Of a stretch of 64,000 nucleotides of DNA, positions 11,601 through 24,100 are shown in pieces. Location of the stretch: NCBI GenBank assembly GCA_051362555.1, contig CM120645.1:17174001-17238000 (forward strand), given 5' to 3'. Within the stretch, counting starts at the first letter, position 1, and the number at the start of each line of letters is the position of its first letter. The notes beneath the pieces were generated by a model. The model did no database searches and was not told where the DNA came from. It was given only the letters and a program-made list of their open reading frames with translations. The position numbers and the translations under genes are program-made. The stretch comes from Lingula anatina (lineage: Eukaryota; Animalia; Brachiopoda).

Positions 11601-13199
11601 TGTATGCCATGTTGCCGCTGCTGTTCTCCTGTGTTTTAGGTCTAATCTATGATATCTATAGAATCTTCCGAATGGCCAGAAAACGACAAAAGCTTTTGGA
11701 GAAAAGAAAAATACAGCAAGATGAAGCGAATCAGGTGACGGAAATGGAAGTACAGGCTCCAGTTTATTGGGTCAATTTTCAAGACGATTTTAAGAAATAC
11801 GCAGGTAAAAAAGTACCATTTTTATCATCTTAATCTATTCTATTCTTTGTAGACAAGCTCTGTTTACATAAACATAAGTAACGTGTTGACAAATCTTTCT
11901 TATTCTGTACTCTTTTACATAAACTATTGTTATTTTTCACTGCGTTTAAATTGAGTAATTTTTTTAATAAAAATTTAAAGAATCAACATTTTTGGAAAGA
12001 AAAGATTCAAATCTGTTTTACACAAGAAAAACATACGCAAAGAAAATGAAATTCCTGTTTCTCATCTTGTAGGGGAGGAAGGAAGTGTCATGACAGTTGA
12101 TGTCAGTGGCCAGATTTGGGACGAGGTCAATCATATGATGAGAGAGTCTTGGTCTAAAGAAAAAATGCTTATCCACGGAAGAGACAATAGTGATCTACAT
12201 CACACTGATTTTAAAATAACGAAGATTCAGCGTGTCGAGAACCCCCGACTGTGGAGCCAATATTTTTGCAAATTACAAGATTTATCCAGGAAATGTGCAC
12301 GAAATCCCATTGGTAGAGCGCCATGGATGCACGCCTATACGTGCCAGCTTTCCGGAATCTTAAATGCGCGCCTTAAAAATGAACTGAATGAATACTATTT
12401 TTTTCATGGGACGAGCACAGGTATTGCTGAAACAATATGTGCCACTGGACTGGATTTTAGAATTGGAAACGAGGGACTCTTTGGGAAGGGTATATACCTT
12501 GCAGAAAATTCCTCGAAGTCGGACCAATATGGAAAACTAAGTAAGACCGCCATTTGTATACAACTTTAGATAAACAGCCAAATCGGTGTTATTATATCGT
12601 TATTCAAAAACGCATTTTGTAACAAAGTACCATCATACTTATAGATGAATAATGTATTAATGAAACCATTTAAATAGGACTTTCCCTTTAATGGTGAAAA
12701 ATGAAAAAAGCAATCTGGCTGATGGAAAATTGATCCTGATATTACGTATTGTAATTTTAACACTTTGACATTCAAGTTGGTCTTGAAGGAAACCGCCAAC
12801 AGCATCGGGGAGGCAAGCTTAAATAGACTTTGAAGGGAAATTTATATTTATGTATTAAGAGCAAGAGCTAATTGGGTAGTTGTGTTCTGAAACGACATGT
12901 TATAACCTTGAGTTTTAATAACATTTTTGTATTTTTCAGATGATACATGCCGCGGAAGAAAAGGAATAAAAATGCTCCTTGTTCGTGCCTGCATCGGTCG
13001 ACCATATCTCACACGTGAGAAGAAACAGTTTCCACGTCCTCCTTGTACTGTTAAAGGCTGCATGCAAGTCTTATGTACCCACACCAGTCATTTTGACTCC
13101 GTGATAGCAGACGTTTCCAATATGTTGTACAGGGAGTTTATTATTTACGAGAAAACAATGTGCTATCCTGAATATATCATCACTTACAACAGAATATAG
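5680..13199 (+). CDS. Multi-pass membrane protein fused to a C-terminal PARP (ADP-ribosyltransferase) catalytic domain, about 734 aa, 6 exons
   Basis: Exons 5680-5863, 10169-10244, 10487-11265, 11367-11804, 12073-12540, 12940-13199. All introns GT-AG with matching phases (1,2,1,1,1); total 2205 nt. Motifs FFHGTS, GLDFR, GLFGKGIYLAENSSKSDQY, REFIIY..YPEYIITY; about 8-9 hydrophobic segments in exons 2-4. Confidence 0.8.
7040..8790 (+). mobile_element. Degraded L1/Tx1-type LINE ORF2 fragments (about 7040-7270 and 7893-8790) inside the Academ element
   Basis: Frameshifted remnants LEIWSLRNLSIIGKSTVVK (about 7188-7245) and FWECPHVKNVW (about 8538-8570) are typical of the post-RT and zinc-finger region of L1/Tx1. 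Confidence 0.55.
7400..7892 (+). mobile_element. 5'-truncated CR1/L2-group LINE 3' end nested in the Tx1 remnant
   Basis: ORF 7389-7742 contains GRYTKIDRDQRFCPLC...VEDEMHFLLLCPLY (LINE C-terminal zinc finger), followed by a 3' UTR ending AATAAATAAA(TCA)n. Confidence 0.7.
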
Positions 13200-15810
13200 A
13201 ATTGAATCCGATTTAAATGACTTAATATTCGGTGAAAAGTCGCTTTGATTCCTATGTCGGAGCTTCCTGACTCTGCTAGAATGAGAATGCGCCAAGATGC
13301 ACAAGGAGAGGTAGAGCTTCAACAAGTCTAGTTTACAAAAAGGCGTTACTTAAAGAGGGCAGACGATATAATCACTAATGGTAGGATTGACATTCGCTTG
13401 TGTTTATGTGGTTCAACAAAATATATATGGTAGAACACGGTGATTCTATATATGCAGTTTCAAGACAGATCAAGGGCATCTGCACTTGTATATTTGATTA
13501 CAAAAATATTGAAAAAGGAAAATTAATATATTACTTTTAGTGGGAGGGCGGATAATAGTGAGCAGTATATTTGTAAAATTTCTTCCCTTAAATGAAACGC
13601 GTGCATGTACTCAAAGGTGCGGGTTTATGTATTTTCTGTGACATACTAAGTCATATGATCGTGGTGATGATGAAGATTTGACCAATTTTGTAAGCATTTT
13701 AAAACCAGTTACGTAGAGTGTAACTGTTTGTGATGAATTGTGTACATATGTTGTGTTACTGAGAACTCTCATTATAAGGCATGGACTTAATAACGTATAT
13801 ATTTGTATATCCACTGAAGATTTAGAAATGCGTCTTATTTAAAGCTTAATAAAATTTTGTATTACTATGATGATGATGATAAAGTTGAATTACTGCATAT
13901 AATTAATAGATACTTTAATATTTACTGACCGCTTATTTTTCAGTTCTTACCATGTTTGCAATAATGATCACAGGACCATAAATTTTTAGGAAAACTTTGC
14001 CACTTTTAAAACATTTTTCAGACCAGTGAATCTTCGGACAATAAACCATATCGGAATGTAAGCAGTGAACAATGAATTCGTGCCCCACCTTTGCAAACCC
14101 AAACGCTTGCTCGGTGCAGACGAAGTCGTCTGACGTTTCATAATTCCATCACAGGTGTTTAATTTTTGAAGGAGCATGCCTGCCTTGGTTATATACAAGG
14201 TGAATTGAAGAAAGCAAATATAACAGGTGCATGTCTCTCAATATGGCAGTAACAACAACTTGCTAGTTTCAGTGGTTCTCTATAGCGAATGATTACCCCA
14301 GGTGTTTGCACTCATTGACACCACCTTTCTCGATTTTTCACCGGATGATTGAAAAGTGGCAACTAAAACAGGTCAATTTACATCAATTAAGTTGTTCATT
14401 TCATCATCATTGCATTTAAATTGTTCCGCTCCTCCTGGACCCCGTAACTCGAAAGCATCGCGTATTTCGACCGAGCGCAAGCGTCTCGATTCCATAACTC
14501 GCCACATATAATACACTGTACAACGCCTCTGTGTGATATCGCTATTCGCAATGCACGGTGCTTTCGAGTTACGGGGCCCTGGTTTTTTACTCTGCTCTAG
14601 TATATGTAAGTACTACATGATCAAATGTAATACTACATGTATTTGACTTCGAAAAAAAGCCGTTTTGTGGCTGTGAGGTGTGTTTTTGCCCGAATATTAT
14701 CTGTCTAATAACAGTGGCGGCAAAACGTTAAAAAAACGTTTATAAAACTAGAATGAAGTAAGAAAGGATAAAAGGTAGGGTAGAATAGAAAAAACGAATG
14801 TATATATATATTATTTTTTAAAAAATGAGGCTAATTAATGAAGATGAAGACAATATAAAAATTACATTATAGCCATGGAAATACCAAACATGAGTTCATC
14901 GATGCTAGGGGACGACGACCATGTCCAAATATTACACCCTCTGCCCCAACCTTTGCATTTTTTTAATGGTTAGCCTTTCCCCTCCCAGTTAAAATTTACT
15001 TACCCCGTAGCTATAAAAGCTGTCATATGTTCGAGTTCTTTTTGTTTTATTTCGAAGTATACAATACACTATACAAGTATATGATATAAAAGCATTTTAA
15101 TGACGCAACATTACTAATTAAATTTTTTAATATGCACCGTGCCACTTTATGGACATGTCAAAGTGAATGCACCATGACTACTATCAATGTGGCATTAATG
15201 ACGTGTGCATTCCCAGCTACCACGATGTGTACTGTACAAAATTTCATAGCGCTTCCCCAAGGAGACTATATTTTCACCTCCGTTTGTCTGCTACCAACTC
15301 AAAAAGCTACAGATGGATTTTCATGAAAATAGACTTGTTCAGAATAGTTCACAAATGTGTTAACTTAAAAACGATAAGATTTTGTTGGTGACCTGAATCC
15401 AAATATTTTTAAAGGATTCTACATCATTGCGAGATAGAGCCAATGACTCGAACTTGTAGGCTACAATGGATGTGCTCTCAGATACCAATGTTTACCACGG
15501 CTCATACTAATAATACGAAACGAGGTGCCATTATCTATAACATAGCGAATGAATCCTAGGAAACCCTAAGGTGGCCACTTGAAGATTGGCTGTCCCTTTT
15601 TGTCGTGCGTGAGACCGCCCTTTTATTTTTTTTACTTGTTTGTTATTTTAATTATCCGTTGATAGGCTTAAATACCGACTTGCTGCAGTGCATCAAATTC
15701 ATACTGATAATACGTCACGAGGCGTCCATACGGGTGCCTCACTAAGAGCATCTTTGAATATCTGTTTAAAATGTCGTTCCATACAATGTAATTGCATTAA
15801 CTGACAAATG
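12717..15810 (+). repeat. Segmental/tandem duplication, copy 2
   Basis: Matches 1-4575. Carries an extra stretch of about 870 bp (about 13325-14190) and lacks the 1054-1610 and about 2620-4265 segments of copy 1. Confidence 0.9.
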
Positions 15811-15931
15811 ATCAAAGAATCTTCCTTCTCTTTCTCAAACATATCTAGGACCAATATTTGTCAAAATAAGCGGACCTTTTTTTATTTTCCAGGACGCTGC
15901 TTTGGATATTTGGCAATAAAGAAGTTTTACG

Positions 15932-16734
15932 TTATGTTTCAAACTGAACTGGTAGCTCATGCGCATAACCGCGTTTTAAATAGTGGCCCCAGTTCTCTTG
16001 GTTCGTCATCATGTCTTTTACATCCGCCCTTTGTCTCTGATGGAAAACCGTAGAATGCACGAGCTGGTTTTTCTCTCCCTTCTCTGTACTTGTCAGTCGC
16101 TGGTGTCTCTTGTGAATAAGGGCCTTGTTTAAGACTAAAATGAAAAGTAGATTTTATTGGAATATTTTGTAATATCCTGAAGTATTTGATATATCATTTT
16201 GATAACCATACGAAACAGATATTATAATTAACATACCTGTTTAATGCAAAAGAAACCCCAGAGGAAAAGGGCGGTAAAAACCAGAGGTCTATACACTTGT
16301 GGACCTAAACAAGAATGCTTTTTTTGCGGGGCCCTCGTTTTCATTTATTTCTCTTTTTTCACTAGAGGCGTAGCCTTCTCCAACGTCCCTCTGAATAGAC
16401 AACCAAACGTCCACTTTCGATGGGCATTGAAACTAAATCATTTTAATTAAATTAATTAATTTAATCAATTAATTAGTAATTAAAATGCGTGTACGTCTAT
16501 TTGGAAGCCGTTTACATACATCGTTGCTAGCTATAAAAGAGCGACGCTTCTGATAAAAAAATCTGACTCCGGAACTCGGTGTGACTCACGTAGGTCCCTC
16601 AGTGATGGGGTTTTCCGGTTGCGCAGTTTTTCAATTTTGAACCTGAGCAGAATCACGATGGCTGCAACAGCTATCACAGCGTATAGAGCGCTCCTCGTTT
16701 GGCGCAACGGAGACCTGCCGCAGATGCGGGCCAT
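15932..16734 (-). pseudogene. Possible truncated two-exon type II membrane protein remnant (about 115 aa)
   Basis: ATG 16734; basic N-terminus and hydrophobic ALYAVIAVAAIVILL; donor GTGAGT after 16590; acceptor ttttag before 16134 in matching phase 1; open to TAA at 15932. No recognisable domain. Confidence 0.3.
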
Positions 16735-16898
16735 GTTCAGCTTAAACTAGACAACAAAATTCAAGAAAAAAAGATGCATTTCAGATTACACACCTACCAT
16801 CTTTCTTAAACATGGAATCCCGATATCTGATATTCATATTCCTATTCCAATTCGTATTATTATTATTATTATTGTTGAAATATAAGATAAAAAACCTC

Positions 16899-17119
16899 TA
16901 AGAGTGCATTCCCAGAGATTTAGATCGATCCATTCGGATCGACCTAACTCCCTGGGGGTTCACGCTAAATTGCAGTCAGCCGAGCGCGCACGACAGTTTA
17001 TTACCCCCTTACAGCTTTTAGTCGGCGGGACAGACGCTTAAGCCGGCTCAGCTGACAGTAATCTAGTGAGACTCCCCACAGGGATAGATCGATCTAAAAT
17101 CTGTGGAATTGGGGTCTTA
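16899..17119. mobile_element. MITE, copy 2 of the 3940-4141 family
   Basis: Same TIRs and internal sequence (gacctaactccctgg...cacgc...gagactcccc). Confidence 0.7.
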
Positions 17120-20100
17120 CATTACATCTGTGGAAGAGTCATTAAGAAAAACAACAGCTATATTTCTGTCCAGTTCAATTATCTCCCCCATTTGATGTTC
17201 AAATCCAAACCGAAAGTTCTCTAAATATAATTTTGGGATATTTTTATGACTACCATGTCCTATATTCCATTGGTGGCCATATAGGGCATAGTTCACTCGC
17301 AATTTTGAAAGAGGGTGCACTTTGGGGTACTTTTCGTGTATATAAAGCATGCTTGTGTTGGCCCAAGTGTCAGTCTTTCGCGGGGCTCCGGATCACTCAA
17401 TCATTTTCATTTGAAAGTGATCCCCCTAGCTTGTCGTCTGATAAAACGTTTAGATTTACAGTAGTCTGCACACAAGTAAAAACATTATCGGCATAGCGTT
17501 GTGGTTGCATGTCTAATTGTAACAAAGGTAAAATGGAAGTTTGTTTAAAAAGCACGTAGAGGTAGCATGACTTGATAAGCGAGTAATGGCCACCAAGGAA
17601 AAAAAGTCAATTAAAAGTAAGCCTAGACCGATAATAATACGAACACAAAAGGGTAACATGGAGACACTTGCCGCATACATGATATTATACATGTACATTC
17701 CAGTATAGAACAAATATCTTTATACACATAGCGAGTGAAATGAGGCCAAAATATCTACCCCTCGTATTTTTGGCAAAGTCCTCGGTCTAGCAGTGATATG
17801 CCTAAAGTTAAACCAATCAATATTACAGATAGCTCATCTCACCTCCATACACTGAACGTCAACGCTGTAGGAGTTTACACCTGACACATGGCGTTCCTTG
17901 AATGGTTAAAATTTTATCCTATCACGGAGCTGACGACACAGGTACATGTACTTACCTGTAACAGTATTAATACGAAGTCAGCGCAGCCTCTGCAGTGAAC
18001 ATTTCACCATAATGACGAAAGATAATGTTGACCTCAACTGAATATAGGCCCTGTAGGGTCGACTGTTATTTCTAAAAGGCGTTTAAATGGCCAATAATTC
18101 ACCATAAGAAAGATATAATGCTCTGTTGGACAACAGATAGAATAGTTAAAAGCCATTTAGTAAAGAAGGAGGAAACTATAAGAAATACGGGTACATGTAA
18201 ATGTGCTGGCTAAAAGCAACGGCATGATAAAAAAAAACACTGTTAGAAAGCGAGAATATGCAGCAAATCGAAGTTTTACATTACTAAGAACACTACACAA
18301 TATTGCGGTACCTCTCTTATAAGCGCAAAGTAGCGTTGATTTGATGAATAATTTTCCCGAGACCTGTTTAACTTATCATAAAAAACACTAAATTTACAAT
18401 CGAGGCTTCAGCACGGAAAGTTGGTGAATTGGTTAGGCCTACTATTGCGTAAACAGGTGAGCATCTCAGTGAGAGGTGTTCAGACAGGATCAAGGCAAGA
18501 TGATGGAGAAGAAGGAAGCCTCATGCAACATTTCCACAGTGTCCACGTGTTAGTCGAATATATTTGCAGCAATCTGTCGTAAGCATTGTTTTGTGAAAGG
18601 GATTTTTGTTTGATTTCAATTACTCTTAGTTTCAGCTACTATCATGTGGAAAAAAATGGGCGTAAGGAGCACTTTCTGCTTGAAACTCAACATTGAAATA
18701 ACTCAATTTATACTAAGCTTCAGCCCTGAAGTTTAATTGTTCATAGTTGATGGTAAATGTATTCTACTGTTGTTGCACAGTACTCTTTAAAAACTCTTAC
18801 TGTTACATACTCGTACATACTGTTTTAATGGTAATTTGTTTTTATTAATTTTTGAAATTTTTTATTCTTAAATGATATAATTTTTTTAACGACCAAAGTG
18901 ATTGCTAAAAAAATTAGCACCCAAGTAATTTTGATGAAGAGAACTGTGCCACATTTGAGGCGGCCGCTTTATACACGTATTTTGTCCAGGCAAAAACCTG
19001 CGATTGGACACTACTGTGCACGTGTTTTTATGTGTGCATGAATTAAGAGGTGTCTCTGGGGCTGGGTTGCTGTCAGAAATTACGTGTTTTCTTTACAAAA
19101 ACAGACATAGTTGATAGTTGAAAATGTCTTTTTATTGACATTTGTACTTTGGTTAATACACAAATATTCGTATCCGAACAATGAGATTTTAACCAATCTA
19201 ATAAAGTACATGTTATAGTGAATATTATATTAGTAAAGCGTGTTATCAAGCGTGTGGGTAGGTACCGGTAAATATAAGTCATGTCGTAAAGAAAGTTTTA
19301 CATTGTACGCCTTTAGACAGTGAGTCTTTGGTTTGATTTTTTAAACTTTTATTGCGCCTTAGAGCATTTCGTACACAAAGACAAAAGCGGTATATGCTCT
19401 GTAAAACTGTGCAGGATGATGATCTTTGACCCTCACAATAAATTGCGCTGAGTGTTCAAACCCTTATACCCTGTTGGCTATGCAGAGTTCCACGCACACG
19501 CAGTAGTTTATAATGTGGGGCGTGAGCTGCATTTGTTCGATTTATACTTAATTTAAATATAATATAAACTGTGTTGCTCTCTGGAGAAGTTTAGAGTGTA
19601 TTCGTTGTTTGTCACTATTGCGGTCAGTCATCTGAACAAAAATCTGTGGAAAACCGTCCTCCCTGACCTCATAAAGATAAATGAACATTTCATACCTTGC
19701 GTACACAAAACTCCTCATCGCACGATGCACAAGGCAGGCTGATTGGGTTCTTCACAACACATCTTAAGTTGTATTTACAAGTATTTTTTGTTTATTCAAA
19801 TGCCAAAGATGTTAAGAGAAGACACCTCTTCATATCCCTGACAATAATACTATAACAAAAACTAAGATATTAAGCAAATGGTTCTCCTTGTACATTAAAT
19901 AGAACGATGAACCATTAAGCCACATCTAATGAAAACAGCAACCAGAAAAATCACTCTCATAGTTAAAACATTTAAATATATCAATATGATGTTTAGAAAA
20001 CCACATGAATACGTTTTGAAAATCTGATTTTACTGTAAGATAACATTCAATAATGAAACGGAACGAAAACAAATAAAAGTAATTACTCACATATGAATTC

Positions 20101-21148
20101 CACGAAGTAAGTAAAACGCTTCGCTTAATCCAATATAACTGTTTGTAAAAAATGGTAAAATCCAATAATTTTCATAAAATACCCATATTGATATTTAAAC
20201 TGAGCTCGCCTTTCAAACAAATGAAGACTATAAGGAAACTGTTAATAACACTAAATTAAGGTTAAGAAATTAAAGTGGCGAACTTGAAAAACATTACCAA
20301 TCTAATAGACCTTAATTTTGTAAAAAAAAAAAAAAAAAAAAATGGTCCGATCTTGTCCGTTTTTCGAAGTCAGCTGGACTTTTATCACCAAAACTTTATA
20401 GTAATATTGAAATAAACTAAAATTCAATCTGGCTTCAATGATGATGATGATCTATTAGAGCGGCAATGGTATTAGTGGTGGAGACAGTGACATCATGGAC
20501 AGACGCAGGTAATCAGAATATATAGACACTTAGCCTTCGGTGTCTATATATGCAGTAAAAAACAACGTTTAAAACAAATCTTACATTTAGTATCAACTAG
20601 TTTAAGCCTCCACTCAGACATGTACAAAACTGAATACAAGCATAAGAGCCTAGCAACGTCAAAATAGGAATTAAAAGCAATATTTTATAATTTAAACTAT
20701 ACATCTTTAAATAGACTCATCGATAGCAGGGAATATATTATACATTTTCGTTTGCAAATATTATAAAAATCAAGTGACCAAATACCGACTAGGCGACTGA
20801 GGTGCGTCAATCGGGCATGCAGTCACAAAGTTCTATGTCACTGACTTTAGTAGGCCCTATAGTTCAAAGGAGCAACTGGCAACCACGAAGAGAACTCTAG
20901 GCCATGTTTGAGATCCTGATATTTTTATTTTTAGTCGCTCCAGGTTGTCGGTGCACAAAAAATGTCCCAAATCTGTCAGTGATGACTAGCCACCTGCTAG
21001 CAAACTAATACGATGTACCACTTCAAAAAATTATTGCAGCTGAGGTTGCATGAAGGTTTCCAAAAGGGTGTTAGTTCCGTGTGACCAAGGCTTAACAGTA
21101 CACCATACTTTCTCGATTTACATGGGCGGCTCATACAATGTATTTATT

Positions 21149-24100
21149 CTATAATCGCGTATTTTCATGTCCACCTGTTGTCAGTCTCTCTGTCCTTGTC
21201 CCCTCGGAATCCGATAGAGATCGTTCAGGAGCAGCGGTTTTACCAGTTGACTTAAATCCAGCCTGTAGAAATAACCGCTCAACTTTCTTCCACAAAGGCC
21301 CCAAACAAATGCGCATAAAAGCACATACCACGGGTCTCATATTTAGCATAACTATCTGCACCCACTGAGCAGCGTTCTCAGACACCGGCGTGTTCTTTAA
21401 GTGCAAGACACACGAGACAGCGAACGGGAACCAACGTATAGCATCGGAAAAGGCAATTTCAAAAAAGCTGCACATACTGTAAAAATCGGTTATCGATGAC
21501 GGAGATTTCAGAGAGTACAACAAATATAGAAAAATTAGTGCGAAAGTCGTTAAAGAAATTATTGACATTGATAGATATGTGATTTCAACTGCAAAAGCCG
21601 CGTACTGTATCTCTGTTATAAAACTGCTTAAGACAAAAGGATAGCAGGTGCCGGAATGAATTTCAACGTTCATGGACAAAAGAATACCAAGACAAGCTGA
21701 CATTGCAAGGACAACAACTATGCCAACGCACATTGTGCGCTTTAAAATATGCGGTTTTTCAATTTCAGTGATACGTCCGATGATTGCGTGGATAGCAGCG
21801 AAAAATACTAATAAAGGAACACAAACCTGAGGAAAAATATAGAAAAACAATGCAACGTGACACGATGGGCTCTTCCGCCACAAACTGGACATGTTGAAAT
21901 AAGTATCTGTCATCTGCATACTATTAACAAATATTATCAAAACTGGTATAATCATTTGCATTTCAATGACATTCAATGCAACAGCAAATTCTTTCATCAG
22001 AAAAAATCCTGACAGCCTAAAATAAGATATAAGCAATCCTATAGACGACACCACTGAAATTAGAACCACACCTAAACAACAGTACTTAATTACGTCATCC
22101 ATAAACATATCTGAGCATGAAGCAAAATAATCAACTTGTGACTGACATAAATTTGAGTGATGTAACATGCAGCAGGCACTGAACGTATCTGCAATTATAA
22201 TGTCGACATCACCCGGTGCCCCGGCATGTGTGACCTCCAATGGGTTCTGAGACAGATCAATCGACTTCACTTTGTGCCAACCACAAAACAGCCAGGTATC
22301 AAATGACTGGATAAAGTTTTTTGAAATGTTGAAGACAACAATGGAGACGTTATGAAACGAACAGTTGTCCAGGACCTGTATTAGACTAGCTGACAGATCA
22401 AGATGCTGCAAAGCAGGAAGATTGTGGAAACAATGTCGCGGAACGGAAGTTATTGGGTTGTTGCTTATGTTCAGCATTTGAAGAGAAATCATATTGGAAA
22501 ATGCACCACTTCGGATGATGCTTATGTTGTTTTTTGACAGGTCAATACTGCGTAGATTAACAGCGTCTTGAAACATTCTTTTATCAACTTCCACCAGTGA
22601 GTTGTTTGAAATGTCAAGAAATAACAGTACCCGCAAGAAAATGCAGTAGTATCGAAGTAGCAAAGAAGCATTAACGCAGTAGTGGTGTGGAGCATATTTG
22701 CAGTAGAAATGCAGTATAGCCTACTGCAATTCTACTTCAAAAATTACATAGGATTGTACAGAGGAGGAGCATTAATGCAGTAGATTAGCAGCATGATAGA
22801 AGCATGTTTCAAATATGCTAATTAGCTCCCACATCGAAGCAGATTTGAAGCATGTTTGCAGTATGATTGCAGTAGTCTACTGCGCTGGAGTATCTACTTC
22901 GTTTTCGTGCGGGTAGCGCGCAGCTTTCCAATGTTGCATTTGATATGCGGTTATCTTTTAAAATGAGACTTCTTACCATATCTCTTCCTATTATATAAGG
23001 AACTTCAGTTAATAATCGACTCTGATTAAAATACTGTGACCTCTGCAATAGTGCCCCAGTGCAGATTACCGAGAACCCGTCACAAAAACACACAGCAGGA
23101 CACTGAAAACCATAGAATGCTTCATCATCTCGCAGTTTACATTGAGGGATTCCGTCACGCACCTGTCTCTGGGGCAAACAATTGTTCTGTCCTCTACATC
23201 TGTACATCCCTGGGCAGGAATAGCTGCTGCAGGCGATTTCGTCGCTCCCATCATGACAGTCTTTGGCCCCGTCGCAAACCGACCCGGCAGGTATGCAATA
23301 TGACGACGGACATTGGTGATATAAATCTTTGGGACATGTGAATTCATGACATAATGGCGATGTACTTGTGCCTAGAAAAGCATATTCTCTACCCATAAAG
23401 CTATATTCTCCTATCCAGTGCTGGTTAGAGACGTTTTGTACAAGATGTCTACCATTCCTACAGGTTGATAAGGTGCCATATTTATCTCTTTTGTAAAAGC
23501 AAGACGCGTTGCCATAGAACACCTGAGTATTTCTGTAAATTCTTCTGCTTGATGGAGGCTCACCAAGAAAAAATACCTTTTCTTTATAAGTGTATTTTTC
23601 GCAGATGTAGTTTCGACACGTCCACGAGTCGTAATCACCCCCCTCGCACTGCACAAGCGATGGTGCTTGTGATGTTAACTCATCTTCTTCGAAAGGCCCT
23701 AGACAGTCAACCACGCCATCATGTTTCTGTGAATACGGGATGAATGTATCAGCAAAACAAGAATAGAATTTACTCCTGTAGATATTTGCACACTGTGATT
23801 CATCTGACCCGTCCTTACACTGGTGTATTAAGTCGCATCTTTCGTTCATTTGAATGCATTCTCCGCTGCTACAGCGAAACTGGTGTGCTTTACAAGGTGG
23901 ATAGATACAACCTATTTCGTCCGAGTTGTCCAAGCAATCAGTCACTTTGTCACAAAATCGGGATAAATGAAGCTTCTGTCCATTTTTACAACGCCCAAAA
24001 TAAAGTAGATGACAGGTGACATTTTCGTCGCTTCCGTCTAGGCAATCTTTTCGTCCGTCACACCTAGAATCTATGGAAACACAGGTCCCGTCTCCGCATT

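Noticed and set aside
17200-21100. Short ORFs and possible repeats between the PARP cluster and the GPCR
   Set aside because: No recognisable motifs, consistent exon chain or clear element termini.
22630-22913. Introner-like self-splicing-out transposon in the GPCR
   Set aside because: No GT/GC donor or AG acceptor at the element ends on the coding strand; treated as a disruptive insertion unless RNA data show otherwise.
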